Assembly: GCA_050084985.1 (NCBI GenBank)
Contig: JBITNC010000001.1
Span: 165,044,001-165,108,000 of the forward strand
Length of the DNA stretch: 64,000 bases
Source of the DNA: Nageia nagi
Taxonomy: Eukaryota; Plantae; Pinophyta
Reading direction: 5' to 3'
The notes under the pieces were generated by a model, which saw only the letters and a program-made list of their open reading frames with translations, had not been told where the DNA came from and ran no database searches. Both the position numbers and the translations under genes were made by a program. Within the stretch, counting starts at the first letter, position 1; every line of letters begins with the position of its first letter. Of the stretch, positions 1-13,627 are shown piece after piece.

Positions 1-1098
1 ATCCAAAGCAACCTCAAGATCAGCAAGATCCTTTGTAAAAGGATCAATTTTGAATGTATATAGACTAAAGTGGTTAAAAGGATGAATGTTTTCTCCTTCC
101 ACGTTAAATGTAATTTTGTTTTAGTTTTGCATTTCAATTTAAATTAGATTAGAATTAGGGCAACACCGAAAAGTTGGCCTCAAAAAGTCTATAAATAGAC
201 TATAGGGGGTATCCTTAAATTGAAGTTTTTTGTAATTGAGGAGCAAATTGATGTATATGTGAAAAACTTTTTTATGAAGTTAATCCAAGTGGCCAAATAT
301 TGATTCAAAGTGGTTTTATCATCAATTGGAGTCATGCATTTATCCCTTAGAGCATTTTGTTGTGATTTGAATATTTTCATGCCTTCTCTTTGAAAACTCA
401 CAAGTTTTAAGAGAATTTGTTGGAAATATTTTAAAGTGTGAATGATACCAAATTGTTGGTAATACATTGCTTTCATGTTTAAATGTTTTGTATTTTGAAT
501 TGCCTTTCTTTTATGACATTTGATTGGACTTCTTGTTCAAAGCCAACTTGTCCATGTGACCTACGCTAAGTTCTTTTGATTGCATCGGTCCTGTGTGCGG
601 AGTATTGACAGTTAGCTTTGGTTTACGCTCTTCTTTGAAACGATTTGGACAATAGTCGTTTGTTTCAAAGCTTGATGAATTGAACAAGATCTCTTTAATT
701 GATCCATAAGAAGGAATGTTTAGAAAATGTTGCATTGTGACAATCTGCTTTGAAATCTAACAAAGTATCGCCTCATTCTCAACCTTTTTCCTTTTCTTTA
801 TTTTTCATTTTCTTTGAAATCCATAGCAACTTTCAAACATTGCATAATAAACATCTCAGTCCCTACAAAAAATGTGAGTTAATAATTTCTACCTCTATTA
901 AACCACTTAGCTGATTCCCATAACAAGACCTACACAATTTTAGCTTCTATTAACAACACAAGCTTCCGTAAGAAACCTTTAGATATCAATCCTTATAGGA
1001 GAAGACTAGTAATGTGATCTCACCTAATGCTAGGTTGCTTTTCCAATTGATAGCCTCATGGCTATTCTTGCGTAAGAGGAAAGACTTTATTCCCAACA
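1..1098 (+). mobile_element. 3' part of a large LTR, same family as 47359-51321, cut by the window edge
   Basis: Colinear similarity to about 50350-51321: TTAGGGCAACAC...CTATAAATAG promoter, CTCAGTCCCTACAAAAAA block and a TCCCAACA terminus. Confidence 0.8.
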
Positions 1099-1692
1099 AT
1101 ACCTTGTGCTTGTTGGTTGATTTTGGTTATTTTTCTAGTATTATCATCCTCACATTCCATTTTGGTCTTATTCCTTCTTTGTATGGTTCTTTTTTGTATC
1201 AGTAACAAAAATTGCATACGTGGACTTGTACTGGGTCGAGGATATTATAAGTGAATTACATAATTTTTTTCCATTCTATTATAGGACTGCCCCTTCCAAG
1301 CAAATAGAGCTCTCATCTAGAATTTTATAGAGAATTGGTTACAGTGCTCACTCAAATTGCATTAAACTATTGTGAAGAAAGGGAAGTTGATAATTGCCTT
1401 TGAGTCATGACAACATGAATCACTTTTACCAACATCAAAATGTAAGATATGGTAAAGGTCTAGGTCTTCACTATATTGTTGCTTACACCATTTTGGGAGG
1501 TCTCCATAACAAATTAGATTTCCTTGGTTTGGGGCCAACTTTTTTCATGGCATCTGATATCTTGTTTTGCTTGTGGGGGGCATGGAAATATTTAGTTGTA
1601 TTGAATCTGGTTTGAAGGTTGTAGATCTTTTCTAGTGCTCTCTATAAACGCTTTTCCTAAGAAGGGACCTTAGTTTATCTTTCAACTGATTA

Positions 1693-2660
1693 ATGAATGA
1701 AAGAAAGAAATTATATTAATATCCACAAATGGCCAAAAGTAGTCAATGGGATTGCTGAATACAAACATGGTCAGAAAAACCAGCTAAGTCCCTATCGAGC
1801 CCATGCTACTAAAGTAAAAGTTAACATAAAGCAAAATAAAACAATAGTACAACGAAGCATCCCAAAAACCCTAAAGGAAGATCCTAGGCCTCTCCAAGTA
1901 GGGTAATTTGAAGTGGCAATGTCTAGAACTCTCTAAGAGTGGATCTGTGAGTGCTTTTTGTCCTGGGATGAAAGCTCTCTAATTTTCGTAGGTCCTAACT
2001 AAGAGGTAGTCGCTCGAGGAGGGAAGAAGGATGCGATCAAACCAGTCTCCTAAAGGTCTAATCGTCTCCTTGTACGTTGTGTGTGTGGTAGAGAATCATC
2101 ATATCGTCTCTTTCGCACCCCCTCAATGTGTAGAGAAGTAAAGAAAGAAGTGATTTGACAATCCCCTATCGGATGCTGGGAGCCAGCTAGAAGATGTTTT
2201 TGCATGAGGAAGGTCTTTCTAAGGTATAGCGCTAGGCAACGCTGATCCAAATACTGAAAGAAAGTAGACAATGAGCTATGTGAATCTCGAAAATGGCAGT
2301 TATATCTACCTTTGATCTCATAATAGACCGAACATTAAAAGATGAAGAGATCCTCAGATTCGGTCTCCAAAGAATAGAGGCGACAAACTCGCAACTCTCG
2401 AGCTAGGTGATGATCCGTTTCAATCCTCAACTGATGGGAACATACGCGCATCTGACCAATAAACATCCTCAATCCAAGTGGGAGGTGTAAGCTTTTATTG
2501 TTAATAAGAAGAATCCATCCTCCTTCGATGCGGAGAAAATGTTGAGCATAGTGTGCCAACTTGGGCGACAGAGGCTGAGAAGGTGAGATTCATGTTATTT
2601 GAATGAAAGCCATGTAAATCGTCTCACGGATCCCTGTTAGAGAATCTGATGCCATGTCAA
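1693..2660 (-). mobile_element. 5'-truncated LINE, same family as 15757-30385
   Basis: Degenerate ORF2 C-terminus (HQLRIETDHHLARELRVCRL...EDLFIF). The 3' end is homologous to 15757-15830, with a stem-loop and a (TTTC)n tail. Confidence 0.8.
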
Positions 2661-2669
2661 TCCCCTTGT

Positions 2670-2900
2670 ACTGAACTCTAGTCAACCTTAGTAGACTCTT
2701 GAAAACCTTGAAGGATAGCATAAGCTTCTATTAGATAATTAGAGAGAACACCCAAATTCTTCTGAAAGATGAAGATAGGATTGTCATCTAAAAGCCTTCC
2801 TATAGCCCCCATAGTTGCTCTTTGTGGATTACTTCTTGAAATGCCATCCACGTTAATGTTCCCAACACCATTAGGAAGGGCTTGCCAATGACCATCCCAA
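2670..2900 (-). pseudogene. Plant L1-type RNase H remnant
   Basis: Minus-strand translation WQALPNGVGNINVDGISRSNPQRATMGAIGR...SNYLIEAYAILQG resembles the W.xP..G..KINxDGASxGNP...EA.A motif. Confidence 0.6.
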
Positions 2901-3817
2901 TATCACTTAGATCAAATTATAATATTAAAAATGATTAGCGTAATTTCGACATTACCCAAATTTCAGTTTTCAAGCTTCAAAGACCCAAAACTTCACTGGA
3001 TTTTAATAAAAAATCATGCACTATGCTCAGATCAGATATGTGATTTTTCTGAGGCAAAGGAAACAAAGTAGAGAATGATCTTGAGACTAACTTAAAAGAA
3101 AATTCATTCCAGGGAAAAGCTCAAAGGGATTTTTCTTTGCAAATGTTCTACATAACTTTCGACTAATGACCATCGCATTAATTTCTTAGAGATGACTTTT
3201 TTTTTTTTGGTTGGAGACCAGAAAAGTCTACTGGTAAATTGAGAGGGTTTTTTATACAGGTACCCAAAACCTGTTATTACAAATTTACAACAGTTTTGCC
3301 AACATCCTATCACAGTCTATTTTTTCTTGGAGATGACTTGAATAGACTAAAAGGTAATATAAAAACACTGAGGATCAAATTGAGAAGCTGCCTTTAAGAG
3401 TCAATAACTTGAAATATTCGGAGCGAGCATATGCTTATCATAAAACATGTGGTAATAATTGAATTCAATACCATAAGCAGGTGCTGCCAACACAAATTAA
3501 ATGCTTCAAGTTATAGTGGAGATTGGCAAGTGTAATACAACAGATTATTAAATTCAAACTGATCAGTACTTATTCAACATTGATGTTTCAAATTTTATTT
3601 CACATTGATGACAAAATTATTCGGATCTGGCAGGAAACTCTCAATCTACCTATAACTAACCATACAAATTGTAAGCTTATTGATAATAGCAGTTACAAAT
3701 TGATGACCGAAGGTATTGATGGTAATCATCAATTACCACAGAAATTGATGTCACAAATAGTTTACATCCACACCTTGCAAATCTAGGTACTCAGATTTTG
3801 TTTGTCATGGTTGCAGT

Positions 3818-3926
3818 TGACAGTCATTGATTTTAATGACCGTTTCTTTAATCAAAGTAGTAACTGACAGTCATTGATTTAAATGGTCGTTTCTTTAATC
3901 AAAGTAGTAATTGACAATAATTGATT
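3818..3926. repeat. 47-bp tandem repeat, about 2.3 copies
   Basis: The unit TGACAGTCATTGATTT.AATG..CGTTTCTTTAATCAAAGTAGTAA starts at 3818, 3865 and 3912. Confidence 0.9.
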
Positions 3927-4846
3927 CAAATTTCTGTTTCTTTTGACTCTAGAAACTTCAATCATTCAGTTGCAATCTTATTCATTTCATACCATATTTT
4001 ACACCAGCTTAATTATTTGAATTTGAGACTCAAGATTGTATTGATTGTCTTTTACTTAAGAATTTCAAGGACTGTTTTTCTAACCAGTGAGAGCATGCTA
4101 TTTGCCTAGTTAATCTACATTGTGTGGTGTATTACTTGTTACTTGACCTGTGTTATATTTAGTAATCTGCAGTTTGCAATCATGTCTCATATTCTATAAA
4201 TCTGAATATTAGCTATTATCTTTCAATATGTAATTCTTTATGTATTTTTAACGTAGAAACAAGATCCTTTCCAAAATTTCAAACTTGCCTCATCGTAGCT
4301 AAATTCAAAGTGGGTCAAGTAGTAGTAAAAATTACTGGGGCGTAGCTTCTTAATATTGCCTCTCAACATACTTCCTTTTTGTTAATCCTAAGATTTATCA
4401 ATGGTGCATTTAATCAAGTAAGGGTTTTTATGAATGCCTTATACATCAAATAAATGTTGACTTCTCTGGAACATAATTTGCACTTCTTGTCCGTCAAACT
4501 CTTTATTGCCTGTGCGCAAATATTTATTCAATGCCATACGTGACTATTCAAATTTAACAAACTCCGGCCACCACATTTTATGCATGATTTTCAAGTACAT
4601 TAATACTCAATAATGGCTAAAGAAACCAAGGAACAGGACACCTGCAATATGTAACAACACTGATTGTATTCTAAGAACATTTAATATAGTGAAATCGCAT
4701 ACAAGGAACACTCTTTGACTGTCAAAGACTAAAAATTATTCAAACAATTCTTATTACAGCTAAACAACACTAGTCACAATCAACACAGAATCTTGTCGTC
4801 AAATACAGACAAGGAAATCAAATTTCATTCCAAGGATGTACGTTAT

Positions 4847-5652
4847 TGATGTAACAGGCTAAATTGATATTGCCAGCAATTTTCTAGTCACAAAATACTG
4901 TCAAGAGGTTGCTGAAGTCACATTGATGTCATGCTATAATTAAATATATACCAGCTACTCAAACTCCCATATTGTTGTCCAGCTTGTAATTAAATATACA
5001 TTGGAAGATATGCATCGAAAACATATTTTAAAGCCAGTTATTTTTCATCTATGCTATTAGATGCATACATTCTTGATGTAACAAGCTAAACTGACATTGC
5101 CAGCGATATTCTAGTCACAAAATACTGCCAGGAGGTTGCTGAAGTTGTTAGTGATGTCATGCTATACTTAAATATATGTCAGCTCTGAATTCCAATATTG
5201 TTTCACTGCTTGTACTTCAACATACATTGGAAGACATGCATCTTGTATTACTCTAAAAGAAAATATATTATAAAGCCTGATATTTTTCATCTCTGCTATT
5301 AGATGCATACTTTCTTGATCTGACATTGCCAGCAATTTTCTAGTCATAAATTACTGTCAAGTGGTTGCTGAAGTCTTATTGATGTGCTTTAATAATATAT
5401 TTCAGCTGCACAAACGCCTGTCTTGTTGTCCTGCTTGTACTTAAATATACATTCAAAGATGTGCTTCTTATATTAATTAAAAGAGAACAGATTATGAAGC
5501 CTGATATCGGAAGATGTGCTTCTCACATCTATTCTGTTAGATGCATGCCTTTTGATGTAACAAGCTAAACTGATAGTACCAGCAATTTTCTAGTTGCAAA
5601 ATACTTTCAGGAGGTTGCTGAAGTCACATTGATGTCATTGTATATTTAAATT
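4847..5652. repeat. Diverged tandem array of about 235-bp units, about 3.4 copies
   Basis: The motif TTGCCAGCAATTTTCTAGTCACAAAATACTG.CA.GAGGTTGCTGAAGT recurs near 4870, 5097, 5326 and 5577. Confidence 0.9.
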
Positions 5653-5679
5653 CTGACAATGATGAGGACTTTTACATCA

Positions 5680-8390
5680 GGTTTATTTCAAGGTTGTTTT
5701 CTAAGCTTTACAAAGAGGTAGAGGTGTTTACTATATGCTTTCTAGGTCGATTAAAATATGGAATTAAAACAACTAAAAAACCTCCCAAGACTTGCCATCC
5801 CTTGAAAATGTGAAGTCTGCATCGTCAAGCTCTTCTACCACCACCATGCCAAATGGAAACCCCGAGCTGCATGTTTCCTCTCCGAGTCCAATGGCAATAG
5901 CACGAAGAAATTTTGCACTCACAAGCATAATAGGCATTGTAGTGGTGAATGTTGTACTTTTCAAGCTAGGAAAGCAAATACTCTTCTTATGGAGCAGCAG
6001 TTGCTATCACATTCTTGGGAGATTCCAATATCAGTCCAAACTCCCGCTTAAGCCTTGACTCATTGTGATGGTTGATGACATTCTATGAACAACAAGGAGG
6101 AACTTGTTGCGCATAACTGCCAGAGAAAGATCAAGTTGGTAGAGTGCATTATCAACAATGGCAGCTTGAAGAACCTAATAGCTCAAAAATTAGTTGATGT
6201 ATTACAATTGCCTACTTCTCTGCGTCTGAGCCCATACCACTGTCAACTAATAAAGAACAAAGAGTAACCTGCGTTGGTCACACAATGTTTATTCAGTCAC
6301 ATTTACAATCAAACCTTTCCAGAACATTGTTGAACCTTTCTAGGACATAGTTGATTGTGATGTGTTGCAACTCCAATTGACTTTTGGAGAATGATCCTTG
6401 ATGTGCATATCACTATTGAAGAGCTCTCTTTTATGGATATTATAAAACCGATTGGATATAGATTGTAATAATTTCAAATTTACTTCTTCATCCTTGAATC
6501 CTATGATTGTTGGTAGTTGTTAAACTAGCAAATGGGCACAAGTATTTAGCTCTTTATATCATTGAAGAACCTAAGGCATGTCTGTTACGTTTCTCCATGA
6601 CTATTCATCCACAAATTGATGGCTGAATGAAGGTTATGAATTTAGCCAATGCTCTTTCCATTTATCATCCATAAAATAAACAATAGGATCACTATCTACA
6701 CAGTCTTCAGCATAGCTTTAACAAAGCCACTGATGTCTCCACTGAGTATTCCTCATTTGATGCGTGCGTTTTTTTTCCATTGTTCTCCTTATGAAATTCT
6801 GTTTGTTTTTTTCAACACCAGAAACATCCCATGATCCATCAACACAAGGAGCAAGGCAGAGCCTCTTTGTTTTTTGTAGAATTTAGTATTTACCTAACAT
6901 ACACTCCAAAGTTCAGTAAATTCATTATTATACTGAGGTGAAATTCAAGGCACTATATAGTTCTGGGAAAAGTACACTGTAAGCTGAAGTGCATCACCTA
7001 TGGACCATATACAATCATCGAAGTTGTTGGCCCAAATGTCTTTGAGTTGTATCTTCCTGCTTAGCTTGCTATTCATAATTGTTGATGTGAACCATCTAAA
7101 GCTTTATAAGCCTTCTCATTTGGAGAAAGAGTTTGTTGTTGCACTGTAAGACCCCAAATACAATCTCAAGTGCAAATTATCCAATTAATTATTAAATACA
7201 AGCAGGAATACACCCACATCTGGACTAGAGCATTAATTTCATGCAAATACAAGCCAAGAATGCCAACGTTCTACTCAACAAGACAAAATAACACTCCAAT
7301 ACCCAACGTCATGCACAAAGAGACAATATTGTATCAAATGCACATAATGAAAAGACAAAAATGAGATCCAAGTATGCCATGGCCTCAATTATTGATATAA
7401 TGTGAAGTACAATACGAACCAGGCCTAATAGGGCTCAACGTTGGCCTCCAAGGAGCCAACTAGGGCATACGAATATGCAAATGTGATCATGTTGGAACAA
7501 TGGATGGGACAGCTACACTCCCTCAAGATCTAAATCCTCTTCACCGAAGGAGCTTTCTCCAAACCCTGGAAACCAACTGAATGATACGAATGCAACCTTG
7601 GATTACCATCGGATGGACTAAGATGCTACACCTTAGCCGTAGATTAGCAAGATCCCTCAGCCTGCTAACCCTCCTAGATGTTGCACCTAGGGGAAGATTG
7701 CTTGATGCTGCACCAAAACTTGTGTCCATTGGATAGTAGGAGAAATAATTTCAAATCAGGTATATCCATGCAATGATGCTCCAATGCCTAATATAGCTCA
7801 AGTCTGGATCTAGAATATCACCTCGGAATCATCCATGCCTCCCCTATCCAATGTTAGCCTCCTAGGGGCCCTCAAATGCCTCAAACATGTAATAAATGCC
7901 CATGTGTGGGGTGTAGAGCCTTTCTAAGGTGTGGCGTGGGGCTCCAAGGGTGTTGGGATGCCTCCAAGTCCAACATTGTGGTCCTAGAAGTCCCCCCATG
8001 TCATTCGTCGGGTTTCTAGGAGTCATACATGTGCCTAGATCCTATTTTCATGTCCATACAAGGTCTTGGGATTCCCACAATCAATTCTCGGGATCTCGAA
8101 GTGCATAAAACAACATTAAATCATGCTAGCCTATGCTTGGGAGGAAGACATCCCACTTGGGGCTCATAGTGGGGTCCAATGGACCTTTATTATTTCTATC
8201 CCAAGTACTTAACAATTAATGCATAAATAAATATTTACAAGGGGGAATCCATAGGTTAAGCAAATCACTGCTTGATAGACTGCAGAGGCATGTTGCCCAC
8301 ACAAGAAAAGTGGCTATTTGAAATTAATTTTGCTGAGTTGTTTCCCAATTGACAATGTATGGTAGGGACAGCTTTTAAGTAGGGGGAAAT
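5680..8390 (+). mobile_element. Heavily degraded Ty3/gypsy internal region
   Basis: Protease-like CIINNGSLKNLIAQKLV (about 6145), integrase HPQIDG (about 6605), GPY/F motif YGPYTIIEVVGPNVFELYLP (about 7000), and a PPT-like AAGTAGGGGGAAA before TGATG at about 8390. Confidence 0.65.
7145..8240 (-). mobile_element. LTR-like insertion related to about 35520-36423 (opposite orientation)
   Basis: Begins TGTAAGACCCC and interrupts the gypsy remnant. ACGTTGGCCTC.A.GGAGCCAAC.AGG is shared with the reverse complement of about 36250-36280. The right end is uncertain and no TSD was found. Confidence 0.5.
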
Positions 8391-8581
8391 GATGAGATTT
8401 TAACTGTTGCGCTCTTGGAAACCTCACCTGCTCATGTGTCTTAGTCAGCCTCTACTTGCTTGAAGTGATATCAGTGAGCTGTTTGCATCACAGAGTTAGC
8501 CCTACACCTCAGTTCTGATATTTCAGCTAATTGTCCATCTTGCTTCTAAGTGAACTGTATACCTTACTAGACTAAAACTAT

Positions 8582-8786
8582 TGCATGTATGCCAGGTTTA
8601 ACCTACTAGCCTAGTTTATAGACAGCTAACAAGGGCCCAAAAATTTCAAATCTTGTCCATATTCTTGTTCATTATACTACTATAGTGCTAGTGCATGTAT
8701 GCCAAGAGTAACCTTCCAGCCTAGTTCATGGACAGTTAAAAAGGGTTGAGAGGTTTTAAAGCTTGTCCATATTCTTATGCATTATT
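8582..8786. repeat. 110-bp tandem duplication
   Basis: TGCATGTATGCCA...CTTGTCCATATTCTT..CATTAT occurs at 8582 and 8692. Confidence 0.85.
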
Positions 8787-9758
8787 TAAACCTTCTAATG
8801 ATGAGTGTAGAAGACAGTTTTGATGGCCTTTTCTTTTTCATTTTTATTGCTAGTGTTGTAGACTCATCACCACTATTGTAATAGATCTGTACATGTGCTG
8901 ATATAGATTTAAATTCTGTCATACTCCTCGAATTGCATTAATTTGAAAAGAAGCAGATCAACAGCTTTCTGGAGAGTTTGGCATACCTTTGTCTAGCCAT
9001 GTTAGTGGTTTGGTAGCCCATATCAAATACTAACATATCCACGTTAGTACAAATTTGATAGTTCATGACATGTTTTGGATCCATGACATGAATAACATAA
9101 GTGTCTAAAATTAAATACATTTATGAAAACACTCCTTATTTCAGAAGATTGATTTTGTTACTAGTAATTCATGATATTTTTGGCAGTTGAGAGGGCCCCC
9201 TTTTCTGCCCATAATACTACATCAGGGATATACGTCCTTGATATATCCTAATTTTATTTTTGAAGATGTGTGCTTCTTGGCTCGCGCTTCTTCTGGTAAC
9301 TATAGAAGCCTACTATTTAAAGGTTCTTGCAAATTGCAGTAACCTGACAAATATAACATCTTGCTAATTGTAGGAACTTGTAGATGAGCATGTTGATGAC
9401 TTTAACAATGTTTTACATAACATTGCTGTTAATAGAATCCTATAAATTATTGCAAATTTGTATAGTAGCGGTATGTGTCCCCCAAAGCATGGAATATGTA
9501 AATGATATGGTAGATGCATCCAAGTACAAGGAGAAGAATTGTTTATGTATCAGGAGCATCTCATGAATATCGAGCGTTATTGAGAAGTCTGTTGGAGTAA
9601 TCCTATGGGATATTGAACATAGAGAGGGTAAAAACTAACAAATGTAAAATATTAAAATAAACTATATGTATGCTTTGCTTTGTAATTGTTTTCGAGTCTT
9701 TAGTTGTTGATTTTAAATTTACTTTATTGATTACTGTATTCGGTATGAATGGTGTCTT

Positions 9759-11514
9759 TTTTTTGGTATTGATATTGGAGGTTTTAAGGACCCTCAAACC
9801 TTTACAAAATAGACTGTGATTGACTAGCATTATACCTATTATCTGTATGCTACTGTCTTATACAAAAAGAGCTACACTTTAAAAGATCGCCAGCTGACCA
9901 ATATAAAAAACAGAGCAAAAAGAAAGCAATAAACACTAATAGACACCTATAGCCCACCAATTACTTTGCATCCTAAGGTTCCTAGGCCTCCTTAGTGCCC
10001 ATTTCTTGCACTGTCTTACTGTATGCATTCAAATATTAGGCCACTTCATCAGACGACAAATTCAAACAGGCCATGGTGCTATTGATGGTCTAGAGAGGCC
10101 ATTCACCAGTTTGAAGTTAATGATTACCTCGTTGTTGACTGCTTCCTCCTGTGAGACGTCCTCCATATGGGGTGTGAGCTCCTCATCTTCCTTCTGTTGA
10201 CTAGGCTTTGCTTCCTTTGAAGAACCATCGTATGCCGATTTCTCCTCTTTGCTAGTCTTAGCTTCCTTTGTGGAGATTTCCTCCTCTTTTAGCGATTCCT
10301 CTAAATCCACCATGATCGTTTTCTTTTCTGAACTCTGAAGTTTGGTGGAGCTTTTGTTGCATTCCTTGGCGGAGCTATCTTACGCTTCTGCTTTTTATCT
10401 TGCTCCGAAGAGGGTTCTTCGTTATGCGACTGGTGCTGGAAATCCTTGTTGGCAGGAGGCTTAGGGCTCGACTAGATTCACCCAACTTTGGGCTAGCACC
10501 TATTTGCAACTATACTGTAGTCAAAGGCATGGTGCTCCTCTTGATCGAGCTGGTAGCTACTTTCACCCCAAACCGCTCAACAATATGGTTGTACATTAGC
10601 TTGAGCAGTCCTTGATGCAAGGGTAACTTATTCTTTTTGACTTGACCAACTTGACCTAATTCTCCAAAGAGCTGAATACAAAAAGAGGGATATAAACTGA
10701 TTCCTGATTGTGAATTGAATTCAATATGGCTATGTGGTAGCTATTTATGTGCCTGTATCTCCCTTCTAGAATTAAATAGCGCATGATTAACCTGGCAATT
10801 TTCTCCCATGGTTTGCGGAGAGATTCCCTTGAGGTTCGAGATTGACACCATCATTAGGTCTCCTTTGCTTTCAAAAACTTAGCCAATTGGGTTGCCTGAT
10901 TTGTCTTCTACTGTAGAATAATATCCCTTGTGTCTAATAACCCACAGACCTCTGCTATGAGCTCAATTGATATTGTGAATGCAGGTCCATTCACCATCAC
11001 TTAGTCGTCGTCCTTGGTCTCTCTGACTTGGCAAGAGATATTTTAATCAAAACCACCAAACTTATTGAAAAACTTCAGCAGCCTAACTTCTCCATGAATG
11101 GAACAATCTTTGCATCCAGCTTGAACACCACAGGCTCCATAGTCACAAGCTCACCCCCATGTCTCTTAGACTGATTCTTTCCACAATGAAGCTCCAATAG
11201 CAAACTGAAAGCTAAAAGATGCGCATGCATGGGGTCTCCCAGTTCACTTCAAGAGTTTCCTTCACATTTGAAGTTCATCTAGAGTTCGGCCAGCCTAGCT
11301 TCCCAAAGCATAATGTGCTGCATGTCCAATTTATATTAATGATGGAACATTTCATGTTTGAGCCGTCTGCTTCCAAGTCCATTTCATGATTTCCAATATT
11401 TGAAAACTGTGAGCCATCATGACTTTGCATGGGGCTTGGATATCCCAGTCTGCTTTGGGATTCAGAAAACTTCAGACCATGGCAACTGAGTCCATTTCTC
11501 ATGGGTCAAATCAA
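9759..11514 (-). mobile_element. Poly(A)-tailed non-autonomous retroposon with one degenerate non-RT ORF (about 11160-10062)
   Basis: 11-bp TSD AATGGTGTCTT at 9748-9758 and 11515-11525. A T-run at the left end is a minus-strand poly(A). The frameshifted ORF reads MGGELVTMEP...PWEKIARLIMRYLILEGRYRHINSYHIAILNSI...PLHQGLLKLMY, followed by an acidic tail. Confidence 0.7.
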
Positions 11515-12939
11515 AATGGTGTCTTCGAAAGTTAAGTATTCAATTTATATAAAATTTTGTGAATATAGCATAGAATTAGTTCATTATTTAATAGATGATA
11601 AAGTCATGAGTACTTGATCAGTATTCAATAATCAACAGATATTTCTCATGTACAAGCTTAATTTTCAAAGTCTTGAAAATCAGGGAATTGAAAATCTTTT
11701 AGTTGGTCCATTTTTCTAGTTGCTTGTTTATTTTGTCCAAAAAATTTAACATATGTATCAGGTTCTGCAACAACTTTCAAATTTTCTAGTTTTTCCAATA
11801 TAACAATAACAGTTGGATGCATAGTTCTATATTACATTTTATTTCTGTATGCGCAAATGCCAGTTTTGCTTGAATCTTTTTCAAACACCACCTTGGCCTA
11901 GTGTGTGACTGTTGGAAAGCAACATCAACAGTGTAGGTACATGTCGTAGTCAGAAAAGTTCATAGACATGTCAATCAATACACAAACATTCTCTTCATTT
12001 TTGTTGGAAAATAATATAAAGTTCTAACTCGAAAAGTATGTTCTGTACAGCAGACTGTTGCCAAAGCAATAATTGTTGTGAGAGACGTGATCTTATTGGT
12101 AAGCAATTGTACAGAGGGTAGCATGTTGGCTAAGAGCTTGTTTGCTATTTGCATTTTTCTTTTTACATCTTCCATTTCGTTAAAGACAGATTACAAAATG
12201 TGCACAGGATGATATAGCTGTTCTTTGAAAATGTAAACAATAAAATAGGGCATCTGTTTCTTCACTCCGATAGGCAAACAGTTCAACTCCATTATTCAAA
12301 AAATTTATGTTTTGAATGACAAAGCCATGTCTAAATATTTTAGCATTAACAAAAGTGTAATAATTTCTTCTGGAGGATAGTTTAATGTCACATCTTCCAA
12401 AAAAAAAACGAGCCAGACTTTCATCAACAATCAAAGATTAGTGAAGAATGGCCCTTTGTTAAGAAACTATTGATGTGAAAAGATCCAGAATTCCGTTGGG
12501 AGATGGGAACAAAGTAATCTTACAAATGAGCATAACTAAAATACATGCTAATCATTTTTGTCTTTCCAGTATCAAATGCATGTAGCATCTCTGACGCCAT
12601 CGTTTTTAGGGTGCATGGTCAATTATGTTGTAGGATTAGCTAAGCAAACACCTGTTAACATAGCAACCATTTATCTTTGTCCTTGAAGGAAGTCATTGGA
12701 TTGCACATTGCAACATAGTATATTGTCAATATTTTGGCCCTTTTTGAAGTGACTGAAATTAAGTAATGTTAAGGCTTCATTAACTACAAGATGTTTATCT
12801 CATTATGTATGTCACACCTTCCCAATAGCAAAACAATTCAACAAACATTGGGGCGTTAATGACTGTGAAATCTGTTGGAAAGCGTTTATTATATTTATTG
12901 TATGATGAGTTGCTGATATTCCATGAAATAATAGCATTC

Positions 12940-13300
12940 CAGTGTTACATGAGGTATCAAGACAGGGACAGCAGGGCATGCCCAGATGGGTAACTGGGAT
13001 GGTAGGGGATGCTGAGATGGGGTAACTGGGACGGCAGAGAATGGGAGGTTATTTTACAGACATCACAGAATGTTAGAAAAAATACAGAAAAATGCAAATA
13101 TATACTAAATCTATACATTCAAGCTCAAGTATATAACAAGAACTGAAATCGGAATAAGTTATATGTTATCATCAACCTCCAATCTGAATCATGTCGTAAA
13201 AAAATGATGTCCAATGCAAAACATGGTGAAATTCTACCAGAACACTTAGTGGACAAGGACGGCTCCTTGGGGACAAGGGATGTGTGGCTGTGTAACTTTG
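12940..13300. mobile_element. hAT-type MITE, 361 bp
   Basis: Perfect 8-bp TSD TAGCATTC at 12932-12939 and 13301-13308. TIRs CAGTGTTACA / TGTAACTTTG match at 8/10. GGGAC/GGGAT subterminal repeats. No ORF. Confidence 0.85.
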
Positions 13301-13627
13301 TAGCATTCCAACATTTTCATAACTGCTTCAACCCAGAGGACCTGTTATAGTATTGTGTATCAGGAAGTAGAGCTCTCTGGTAATTATGAGTAATGCTTAC
13401 TTTTTCAAGGAAAATGAGTTGTCCAAGAACTTGATTGTGTTGCTAACGTATGTTTAGTAATAAATGCATCGTGTGTAACAAGTGTTTAGGTGCTATTCTT
13501 GTGGACTATATATTCTATGTTTATAGCAACTGTTTGTTATGCTCCCTTTTTAAATAAGGGCTTTTAAATCTTAATGTAGGCTGTTTCTCAATTTAGCCTT
13601 CTGAAATGTGCAATTTGTTCTATGCAG

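Noticed and set aside
12051-12098. Exon-like segment (tgtacag|CAGACTGTT...TTATTG|gtaagc) as the missing upstream SPPL exon
   Set aside because: It does not encode the expected GLQTCLVALLS-like peptide and has a stop in the phase required to join 13628. The true exon is probably upstream of the window.
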